This document shows positions 19,478-27,273 of a stretch of 64,000 nt of DNA, in pieces (within the stretch, counting starts at the first letter, position 1; each line of letters begins with the position of its first letter). The notes under the pieces are model-generated. The model saw only the letters and a program-made list of their open reading frames with translations, ran no database searches and was not told the origin of the DNA. This DNA comes from Bdellovibrionales bacterium (GTDB taxonomy: Bacteria; Bdellovibrionota; Bdellovibrionia; Bdellovibrionales; UBA1609), in contig JBFWVI010000001.1 in the NCBI GenBank assembly GCA_050246815.1, positions 22,184 to 86,183 of the forward strand. Reading direction: 5' to 3'. Both the position numbers and the translations under genes were made by a program.

Positions 19478-21067
19478 ATGCGTCGATGGTTGGGATTGGG
19501 TGCCGCCTTGTTGGTGGTCTTGGTTTTGGGTTGCACAAAACGCGAACAAAAAGCCGAGTACGGTCTGCCGCTGAAAGACACTTTACGAATCAACGTTCTG
19601 CAAGAGCCCCCGTCCTTGGATTGGAGCAAGTCCACCGACACCACATCTTCGCTTATTGAAAACAACATTATGGAAGGTTTGGTCGAATACGACCTGAATG
19701 ATCCGGAGTTGGGATTGGTGCCGGGTCTTGCCACCGAATGGAGGCCCAGCAACAATGCTCAAACGTGGACCTTCGTGATTCGAAAAGGCGTTAAGTGGAC
19801 CGATGGCGTGGACTTCACCGGCCAACATGTGATTGACGGTTGGGAACGGATCTTGAATGCCGCCACCGCCTCTGAATATGCCTACTTTTTGTTTGGTGTG
19901 AAAAACGCCCAAGCTTACAACCAAGGTAAGATCAAAGACTTCTCGCAAGTTGGCGTGAAATTGACGGCGGATGGCAATTTGGTTGTCGAGCTGGAGCAGC
20001 CGAAAAGTTATTTCCCTTACCTGATGGCGCATCATTCGACCTTCCCGCTGCGAAAAGACGTGATCGCCAAACACGGTGATCGCTGGACTGACCCCGCGAA
20101 TATCGTCACCTTGGGCGCTTACAAGCTGAAGATTTGGGAGCATGATAAGGCGTTGGTGCTGGAGCGAAACGATCTGTATCATGGCGAAAAAGCCAAGACA
20201 AAGTATGTACTTGCTTACATGATCAACGAAATGTCGACCGCGATTAACCTTTTTGACTCAAAGAAATTGGATTTTCAATACAGCTTGCCCTCGCGTGAGC
20301 TGCGCCAGCTTCGTCAACGAAAAGAATATCGCGAAAGCGGTATCCTGGGGATTTACTACTACGGCTTCAATGTGCGCAAACCGCCGTTTAATGATCCTCG
20401 CGTCCGCAAAGCTTTTGCCATGGGCGTGGACCGCAAACAAGTCACCGAAATGTTAGCCGGCGGACAAATTCCGCTGTCGGGCTGGATTCCGGCTGGCATG
20501 TTTGGCTATGAAAGCGATCGCGGCCTAAAGTTTAATGTCGAAGAAGCCAATAAGCTTTTAGACCAAGCCGGCTATAAAGATCGAAGCCGCTTTCCGAAAA
20601 TTAAATTGGGTTTCAACACCAACGAAGATCATCAGCGCGTGGCTGAAAACGTTCAGGCCCAAATCAAAAAGAATTTGGGAATCGATATCGAAATGGCCAA
20701 TGAAGAGTGGAAAGTCTATTTGGCCACCTTGCGCTCGAACACTCCGGCAATCTTTCGTTTGGGCTGGTTGGCCGATTATCCTGATCCTGACAATTTCATG
20801 AACTTGATGGCCAGTTACTCAGAAAACAATCACACCGGCTGGAAGAACAAAAAGTACGACGATCAAGTTTCAAAAGCAGTCAGTATCACCGATAAAGAAA
20901 AACGCCGCAAAGTCTATTCAGATGCGCAAAAAATGCTAACCGAAGACGAGGTTCCGGCGTGGCCGATCTATTCGATGGTGTCGCAGGTGTTGATCGATGA
21001 GCGTGTTAAGGGCTTAAAAGAAAACGCCATGAACCGCTATCTGTTTAAGACGGTCTCCTTGCAGTGA
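19478..21067 (+). CDS. ABC transporter substrate-binding lipoprotein, peptide/nickel family (family 5)
   Basis: 529 aa with lipobox LVLGC and OppA/DppA-like sequence throughout. Confidence 0.85.
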   Translation: MRRWLGLGAALLVVLVLGCTKREQKAEYGLPLKDTLRINVLQEPPSLDWSKSTDTTSSLIENNIMEGLVEYDLNDPELGLVPGLATEWRPSNNAQTWTFVIRKGVKWTDGVDFTGQHVIDGWERILNAATASEYAYFLFGVKNAQAYNQGKIKDFSQVGVKLTADGNLVVELEQPKSYFPYLMAHHSTFPLRKDVIAKHGDRWTDPANIVTLGAYKLKIWEHDKALVLERNDLYHGEKAKTKYVLAYMINEMSTAINLFDSKKLDFQYSLPSRELRQLRQRKEYRESGILGIYYYGFNVRKPPFNDPRVRKAFAMGVDRKQVTEMLAGGQIPLSGWIPAGMFGYESDRGLKFNVEEANKLLDQAGYKDRSRFPKIKLGFNTNEDHQRVAENVQAQIKKNLGIDIEMANEEWKVYLATLRSNTPAIFRLGWLADYPDPDNFMNLMASYSENNHTGWKNKKYDDQVSKAVSITDKEKRRKVYSDAQKMLTEDEVPAWPIYSMVSQVLIDERVKGLKENAMNRYLFKTVSLQ

Positions 21068-22143
21068 AAGAAAAGCTGAATTGGATCATGGGGCCGGGAC
21101 TGGCCTTGCTTTGGCTGGTTTTGATCATCGCGAACTTCTTCGCGATTGAATTCCATTCTGAGGTGTGGTGGGGCACGGCCGGGTTGTCTTTGGCCGCCAT
21201 GATCTTTTTTATGATCAAACAGCACATGACTCTTTATGTTTTTAAACGCCTGGTGGAAGCGACGGTGACCATTTGGGTAATCGCCTCGTTCACGTTTTTG
21301 CTTTTACGCGTTTTGCCAGGTGGCCCCTTTGACTCTGAAAAAGCCTTGCCGGCCGAAGTGAAGGCCGCCATAGAACGAAAATACAAATTGGATCAGCCGG
21401 TTTTCAATCAATACATTTCTTATTTGGGTGGTTTGGTGCGGGGAGATCTTGGCGAGTCCTATAAGTATTTAGGACGAAATATCTCTGAAATCATTCTAGA
21501 AAGTCTGCCAGCTTCTGTGCAGCTTGGGGTTTTTTCGTTACTGCTGGCGTATGCGATTGGTGTGCCTTTTGGTGTGATTGCAGCAAGATTTCATAATTCG
21601 TGGTTTGATCATGCCCTAATGATGCTGGCCATCAGCGGGGTTTCGCTGCCCAGTTTTTTGGTGGCACCGATTCTGATTTTGTTTTTTTGTTTTTCATTGG
21701 GTTGGTTTGAGCCGGCCTTGTGGGAAGGCCCGACCTACTACGTTTTGCCCACCTTGGTTTTGGGCACGCGTTCGGCTGCGGTGATCGCGCGTTTGGTGCG
21801 CGCCAGTGTTCTTGAGGTCATCCGATCAGACTACATCCGAACCGGTCGCGCCAAGGGATTGTCCGAAACCGCGCTGCTGTTCAAACACGTCTTAAGAAAT
21901 TCACTGATTCCGGTTTTGACGTTTTCGGGCCCTTTGGTCGCGGGAATTATCACGGGCTCATTCGTTGTGGAGCAAATATTTGCCGTGCCGGGTATTGGCA
22001 AGCATATGGTTTTAAGTGTGTCGAACCGCGATTACCCTCTGATTTTAGGAACCACCTTGGTCTTTTCGGTCATTCTCATCTTGTGCAACCTGATTGTGGA
22101 CCTTCTTTACGCCTATGTGGACCCCAGGATTAAACTATCATGA
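21064..22143 (+). CDS. ABC transporter permease (OppB/DppB-like)
   Basis: The canonical core begins at MTLYVFKRL (21226). The ORF also carries a 54-aa hydrophobic N-terminal extension from GTG 21064, which overlaps the upstream stop. Confidence 0.85.
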   Translation: MKEKLNWIMGPGLALLWLVLIIANFFAIEFHSEVWWGTAGLSLAAMIFFMIKQHMTLYVFKRLVEATVTIWVIASFTFLLLRVLPGGPFDSEKALPAEVKAAIERKYKLDQPVFNQYISYLGGLVRGDLGESYKYLGRNISEIILESLPASVQLGVFSLLLAYAIGVPFGVIAARFHNSWFDHALMMLAISGVSLPSFLVAPILILFFCFSLGWFEPALWEGPTYYVLPTLVLGTRSAAVIARLVRASVLEVIRSDYIRTGRAKGLSETALLFKHVLRNSLIPVLTFSGPLVAGIITGSFVVEQIFAVPGIGKHMVLSVSNRDYPLILGTTLVFSVILILCNLIVDLLYAYVDPRIKLS

Positions 22144-23033
22144 GCAATGCGGTGGTTGGCAAAAGTCTTTGGCAGGAGGGATGGAAGCGCCTGGCTCGCA
22201 ATCGGGTGGCTGTGGTGTCCGGCGTATTTATCGTTATTCTCTGCTTTATGGCGGTCTTTGCGTATCAACTGAGCCCTTACGCCTTTGACGAGCAGTACAT
22301 GGACAAAATTTTGGCGGCGCCGACTTCTGAGCACTGGCTGGGCACGGATTCTTTGGGTCGCGACATGTTGTCGCGTTTGATTCACGGCGCGCGAATGTCG
22401 ATGGCGGTGGGAATTGTCACGGCTTTAATTTCGCTTTTTGTGGGAGCAGCTTACGGTGCGGTCGCAGGCTGGATGGGTGGTCGAGTCGATGCCTTGCTGA
22501 TGCGTTTTGTCGACATTTTGTATTCGGTGCCCACCTTGGTTTTGTTGATTTTGGTGAAGGTGATTTTCGATTCGGTCCCATTGTTCACAAATCCCGAGCT
22601 CAAAGCTTTGACCGGCATGTTGCTGGCGCTGAGCGTGGTGGGTTGGGTGACCCTGGCACGTATGGTGCGGGGCCAAGTGCTTCAGGTGAAGCAAATGGTT
22701 TATATTGAGGCCGCACAGGCGCTGGGGGCGTCGGGGCCACGGATCGTCATGCGGCATATTTTCCCTAATATTTTAGGCCCGATTATCGTTATTTTGACCT
22801 TTCAAATTCCTTCCAACATTTTGTACGAAAGTTTCTTAAGTTTTTTGGGGCTTGGTCTTCAGCCTCCTTATAGCAGTTGGGGCGTGCTGGCCAACGAAGG
22901 ATGGCGCAGCCTGCGCAGTTACCCGCATCTCATTATTTCACCCGGTATCGCTTTGTTTACGGCCATGCTGGCATTTAATCTTTTGGGCGATGGACTTCGG
23001 GACGCTTTTGATCCACAAATGAAAGACCGCTAA
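22140..23033 (+). CDS. ABC transporter permease (OppC/DppC-like)
   Basis: LGTDSLGRDMLSRLIHGARMS and a BPD_transp_1-like core. ATGA overlap with the upstream permease. Confidence 0.88.
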   Translation: MSNAVVGKSLWQEGWKRLARNRVAVVSGVFIVILCFMAVFAYQLSPYAFDEQYMDKILAAPTSEHWLGTDSLGRDMLSRLIHGARMSMAVGIVTALISLFVGAAYGAVAGWMGGRVDALLMRFVDILYSVPTLVLLILVKVIFDSVPLFTNPELKALTGMLLALSVVGWVTLARMVRGQVLQVKQMVYIEAAQALGASGPRIVMRHIFPNILGPIIVILTFQIPSNILYESFLSFLGLGLQPPYSSWGVLANEGWRSLRSYPHLIISPGIALFTAMLAFNLLGDGLRDAFDPQMKDR

Positions 23034-23104
23034 AGGTTGAGGCTTTGACACTTCATCCGACTTTCACCGCTGCAGCGCGGGCCGAGTATTCTCCAGGCTC
23101 GCTT

Positions 23105-24226
23105 CTACAGATAAAAATGAAGCAATAAAAAGACCGAATCGTTTTCAAGGCCAGCTGCCGGTAAACCCGATTGGCGTTGGTACTCGGCTTGGAATTCCAA
23201 ATGCGGCAGGGGCAGAAACTGAAAGCCCACGCCTGGTGATTTGATCTTATCTTCGTTGAACATATTGCTGTGCAGGTATTCGTAGACCACGTAAGGCGTA
23301 AAACCCTTAAATAGGTGATAACCCAGTCGCGTGTGTCCGGCCAGAGTGCGGGTTTTTTCTCTGGACGGAGTTAAATCCGTGCTCTCTTGGTAATCCATCT
23401 CACCCAGCAGTACCATTTTTTCGCCAAATAAAGGGGTCACACCCCAAAGCCCCAAAAGTTCGCGGCGGGTGTCTTCATTTTCTCCAATAAAAGCGCTAAC
23501 ACCCAGCTTGGCATTTTCAGCCACATAGTGGCCATAGCTTGCCGCAAGCGCGCGCTCGTTGCCCATACGAGACTGGTCCAGTGCGCCGATGCTGGAGGTG
23601 ACAAAAAGCTCGGATTTTTCGCTGTGCACGCCCACTTCTAAATTGTAGGTTTCGCTCAAGGCGCCAAAGCTGAGCCCCGCTTTGGTCACACGAGTGTGAT
23701 TGGGGTCGTTTATGCCATGATTCAGACGAAATTTACCAATTCGCACGGTCAAGTTTTCAGCGGCGTCGTAAAGCAGGTAGTGGCGTTCGGATAAAAACTC
23801 GCCACGTTCGGGCACGCTTTTTGGACCTTCTTGGGTGCCGAATGTGCCGATGAACCAGGTCTTACCGGCACGAAGCGCCAATTCGACGTTTTGCTGCATA
23901 CGAAAATAGCGGCTTTCCTCTTTTTGGTCGTTGTTGATGTAGGTCTGCACGGAGCGAACATCGCCGCCGATGCGAAAATTTTCCCCTTCAGGGATAAGGC
24001 CAAAGCCCGCACCTTCGATGCCCTCTGGCCCCCAGGTGCTCATCAGTTCACGCGAAAGCGAGCGCCCATACTCAGTTAAGACGCCGCCCCCCGACGGCGA
24101 AAGGTGGCAGGCCCGGCAGCTTTGGTAGCCATGGGTGACATTCTCGACAAAAGCGAAGGCGTTCAAAGAAGATAAACCCATCGCGGCCAAAGCCAGATAA
24201 AAAAGCCCTCGATTTTTGATTTTCAT
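23105..24226 (-). CDS. outer-membrane beta-barrel-like protein with a single N-terminal CXXCH heme motif (Cyc2-like fused cytochrome-porin architecture)
   Basis: 373 aa with signal peptide ...LNAFA. CRACH is encoded at 24104-24118. The remaining ~330 aa have alternating beta-strand-like patterning. Confidence 0.65.
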   Translation of the reverse strand: MKIKNRGLFYLALAAMGLSSLNAFAFVENVTHGYQSCRACHLSPSGGGVLTEYGRSLSRELMSTWGPEGIEGAGFGLIPEGENFRIGGDVRSVQTYINNDQKEESRYFRMQQNVELALRAGKTWFIGTFGTQEGPKSVPERGEFLSERHYLLYDAAENLTVRIGKFRLNHGINDPNHTRVTKAGLSFGALSETYNLEVGVHSEKSELFVTSSIGALDQSRMGNERALAASYGHYVAENAKLGVSAFIGENEDTRRELLGLWGVTPLFGEKMVLLGEMDYQESTDLTPSREKTRTLAGHTRLGYHLFKGFTPYVVYEYLHSNMFNEDKIKSPGVGFQFLPLPHLEFQAEYQRQSGLPAAGLENDSVFLLLHFYL

Positions 24227-24228
24227 GA

Positions 24229-24780
24229 TTATTCTTTTTTCGCTTCAGCCAAAACTTTGACTTTGATGTCTTCAGCCACTGTGACGCCTTTCCAGTTCGG
24301 CACGCCGATGCCCGGGTAGTCTGACAGCTTCACCACAAATTCGGCTTCCACCTTGGTCGTGCCACCATCTTCTTTTAAGGTGGCGGTGCCTTTGACCGGT
24401 TTGGTCTCTTCTTTAATTTTGAGAGTGCCGGTAAAGGGAAAGCTTTTGCTGGTGTCGGCCGGTTTTTTGAAATCTGTCAGTTTAAGTTCCGCGGTGGGGT
24501 ACTTGGCGGTCTCAAGATATTTGTCGCGCATGTGTCCATCGCGCAGGCTGATCCCAGTGCCCAAGGTCGCCAATTGAAACTGCAGTTGGCCACTGATGGT
24601 ATTGTCTTTTTCGGTCAATTCACCGCCGACGCCTTTGCCTTCGCCTTTGATGGACATCAATGCAGGTTTTCCTTTGGCGGCAAAACTCACCTGTCCTTTT
24701 TCAGGATTGAATTTGTAAGCCGCGGCCAGGGTTGTGGTGGGCAATGCGATTAAAAGTAGAATCGCGATTTTTTTTGTCAT
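24229..24780 (-). CDS. YceI-family periplasmic protein
   Basis: YceI-like sequence (YKFNPEKGQVSFAAKG...LRDGHMRDKYLE...) with signal peptide MTKKIAILLLIALPTTTLAAA. The start ATG 24780 makes an ATGA overlap with the upstream gene. Confidence 0.8.
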   Translation of the reverse strand: MTKKIAILLLIALPTTTLAAAYKFNPEKGQVSFAAKGKPALMSIKGEGKGVGGELTEKDNTISGQLQFQLATLGTGISLRDGHMRDKYLETAKYPTAELKLTDFKKPADTSKSFPFTGTLKIKEETKPVKGTATLKEDGGTTKVEAEFVVKLSDYPGIGVPNWKGVTVAEDIKVKVLAEAKKE

Positions 24781-25436
24781 GGGTGGTCTCCTTTTTTGCT
24801 CATGGTTTCGGGGGCTCCGTCTAAGATCCACTGCAGCAGAAGTTTTTTTTCTTCGTCAGGCAACGGATCCGCTTCTTTTTCAAGGGGTGGCATTTTGCCG
24901 CTTTCAACCATCTGGGTGATTTTGGGCAACTGGCTGACAATATCGGCATAGGTGTTCAAGGTGGTGAAATCATTTTCGACTTCGGCGAACTCATGGCATC
25001 CCAAGCAGTAGGGCTCAAACACGCGCTGGCGCAGTAGTTCGTAATTGAGTTCGGCAGGCGCGGTGGGGGGCGGCACAATCACGGGTGGAGGCTCGGTCGG
25101 GTCGACCTTACGCCCCGGGGGCTTTACGGGGGCCCCTATTTCGAGCCAGCGCACCAGCAGGGCCCTTTGCTCTAGCGGCATAGAGCGGTTTTTGGGCATC
25201 CGCCCGGTCAACACAGACCTTCGTATCGCGCCAGCGCGCGCGGTGACGGCCTTGTGGTTACGAACCCAGCCATGGCAACGCACGCAATTTGGAATTAACA
25301 CCTGGGCACGAATTTCCTCAAAGCCAGTTTCAGCCAATTTTTCTTGGGGTACAGAGGGCAGTTTTATGAATTTCAGGCGGGAGCCATCACAAGAAACCAG
25401 TAAGAATAAGGCGATCAGAAAACCAATCTTGCCCAT
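24777..25436 (-). CDS. diheme c-type cytochrome lipoprotein (two PSCyt1-like repeats)
   Basis: Lipobox LLVSC. There are two CXXCH motifs (CVRCH, CLGCH), each followed by G-(R/K)-MP...L...W(L/I)..GAP, as in Planctomycete-type cytochrome c domains. Confidence 0.75.
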   Translation of the reverse strand: MGKIGFLIALFLLVSCDGSRLKFIKLPSVPQEKLAETGFEEIRAQVLIPNCVRCHGWVRNHKAVTARAGAIRRSVLTGRMPKNRSMPLEQRALLVRWLEIGAPVKPPGRKVDPTEPPPVIVPPPTAPAELNYELLRQRVFEPYCLGCHEFAEVENDFTTLNTYADIVSQLPKITQMVESGKMPPLEKEADPLPDEEKKLLLQWILDGAPETMSKKGDHP

Positions 25437-25525
25437 AGGGGCAAGATAACGATCTGGCCGGATTTACACAATCCAGCCAAAGTGCATAGCAACTATTCCA
25501 AAATGGAAAGGGAGGGGTCGGGAGA

Positions 25526-25648
25526 TTATTTCACGGCCACAAGGCGGGCCTGGCGGCGCAGTCTTAAGCGGGCTCGTTTTTGCCGTAAATTGACGTATTG
25601 AACAGACATTTGGCTTCGATTCGCGACGGCAACAATGATTGAGCCCAT
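25526..25648 (-). CDS. small 40-aa Arg-rich protein (unannotated by the >=60-aa ORF track)
   Basis: Strong SD in TAAGAGGTAAAAAGC immediately before the ATG. Product: MGSIIVAVANRSQMSVQYVNLRQKRARLRLRRQARLVAVK*. Confidence 0.4.
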   Translation of the reverse strand: MGSIIVAVANRSQMSVQYVNLRQKRARLRLRRQARLVAVK

Positions 25649-25822
25649 GCTTTTTACCTCTTAAGCTTATGGCCTGAATGGCTCTATCCTACGCTGATGA
25701 ATGCGCAGCGTCAATAGTGAGACTCCCGGCACGATAGAATTTCGGTTGCGGCTCGTCCCAGCTTAAGTCGGAAAAAATCAATTTGGGGGGGGCCTATTAG
25801 CAAGGTCCCAAAATGATTCGCC

Positions 25823-26233
25823 TTAAGTGGGAAGGCCGACTGCGTGGCGAAACTGCGGGGTGGGGCTGATCAACTTGCGCGCTTTTAAGTCAAACATGGC
25901 AAAGGTGAATTTGGCCCAGCAGGCCACCTCACCCTTCGCGTTGATCATTTGCTGCTCGATCACTGCCACGCTGCCCGTGAAGGGAGTGGACCAGCTTTTA
26001 ATTACAATCTGTTCGCGGTTTTTAAGCTCTTTTTGAAATTTCATTTCAATGCCCAGAATCACCGGCCCGGTTTGGGTCTCTTTGACATGTTTCAGTCCAA
26101 AGCCTCGGTTGGTGATGATGTCCCAGCGGGCCTCTTCAAAGATCTGTAAATAGGCCGCATTGTTGACGTGGCCGAAGGTGTCCAGGTGGACTTCGCGAAT
26201 CAAAAAGGGATATTCAAAAATCTCAGGGTTCAT
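25823..26233 (-). CDS. acyl-CoA thioesterase (4HBT/YbgC hotdog fold)
   Basis: 136 aa; the VHLDTFGHVNNAAYLQIFEEARWD motif is typical of the family. Confidence 0.8.
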   Translation of the reverse strand: MNPEIFEYPFLIREVHLDTFGHVNNAAYLQIFEEARWDIITNRGFGLKHVKETQTGPVILGIEMKFQKELKNREQIVIKSWSTPFTGSVAVIEQQMINAKGEVACWAKFTFAMFDLKARKLISPTPQFRHAVGLPT

Positions 26234-27265
26234 TTACACCACCAAACTGCGCTGCTCGGGGCGTCCCATGGCCAGCACGAAAGGGTTTTGGTTTTGACGT
26301 TCGGTAAAATCGGCTTTGGATTTCATTTCAAACCAGTCGTTTTGGATCAAAATCTGACCCACGGCTCCGCCCAAAGAGCTGCCCGGGCCCAATAGCACCA
26401 CATGATCAGGACAAAATTCTTTTAGGCCCACCGTGATGGCGGCTGTGAAGTCATAAGGTGCCACCACTTGATGGCCCAGGGTGTATTCGTAAAGCTTCGA
26501 AATTGAGGTTGAGTAGGGTTGCCATATATTGCCCTGGCCATCGATCAGCGGGATTTTAGGCCGTTGAAAAAGACTTTCCGGTAGCCTTTCAAAAGCGCGC
26601 TGACTTGTTTCTTGCAAAAGTGGGGTATGAAACGCGGCATGGTTGATCAGCTGAAACGGGTAATTTTCCACTTGAGGTAATTCTTTAAGTAAGGCCGCAA
26701 CACCTGCGCGGTTAGCGCCCAAGACGATAAATCCGCCCAAATAAATCGAGATGTAAACTTCATGGCCGTCGCGGGCCTTGATGTCGGCGACCACGCGTTC
26801 CACCAAAGCCATCTTTTCGGGGCTGGGCTGCCAGTTGTCCAAAGTCACAGGATAGATCACTTGGCCGCCGATGATCTCTTGTTTCATCATCGAACCCATG
26901 GTGTTGACCACTTCAAAACCCGAAGCCCAATCCAAAGCACCGCCAAAGGCCAGGGTCAGATACCAGCCCATGGAGTTGCCGGTCACCGCGACGATTTCAT
27001 ACTTATTACGGTTGATCGCCATAAAGTCGGCGTAGGCGCAGGCATAAATCAAGCTTGAGGCATGCTCGCCCTTAGTGTGCACCTGGGGTTTAAAAACTTC
27101 AGCACCATCTAAGGTCGAGATGGTGGGCTCATCAAGATCGCGGCGGCGTTGGTCGATATCGGCCAAAAAATCCTGAACGTGAGCGCCGTGCTGGCGCAAA
27201 TAGCCCAAAGTCTCTTTGGTGTACGTTCCGCGTCCTGGGCAAACCACTACAATTCGTTTTTTCAC
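26234..27265 (-). CDS. acyltransferase (FabD/AT-domain-like) protein
   Basis: VCPGRGTY (cf. FPGQGSQ), nucleophile elbow VTGNSMGWY (cf. GHSLGE), and AAFHTPL (cf. FHSPLM). Confidence 0.7.
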   Translation of the reverse strand: MKKRIVVVCPGRGTYTKETLGYLRQHGAHVQDFLADIDQRRRDLDEPTISTLDGAEVFKPQVHTKGEHASSLIYACAYADFMAINRNKYEIVAVTGNSMGWYLTLAFGGALDWASGFEVVNTMGSMMKQEIIGGQVIYPVTLDNWQPSPEKMALVERVVADIKARDGHEVYISIYLGGFIVLGANRAGVAALLKELPQVENYPFQLINHAAFHTPLLQETSQRAFERLPESLFQRPKIPLIDGQGNIWQPYSTSISKLYEYTLGHQVVAPYDFTAAITVGLKEFCPDHVVLLGPGSSLGGAVGQILIQNDWFEMKSKADFTERQNQNPFVLAMGRPEQRSLVV

Positions 27266-27273
27266 CGTCGCCT

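Noticed and set aside
19583-20182. 199-aa ORF antisense to the ABC substrate-binding protein gene. Many similar nested ORFs exist, e.g. 328-756, 3096-3464, 18172-18722, 54561-54968, 62374-63118.
   Set aside because: Each lies fully inside a confidently recognised gene on the other strand or frame, and none has a motif or an RBS.
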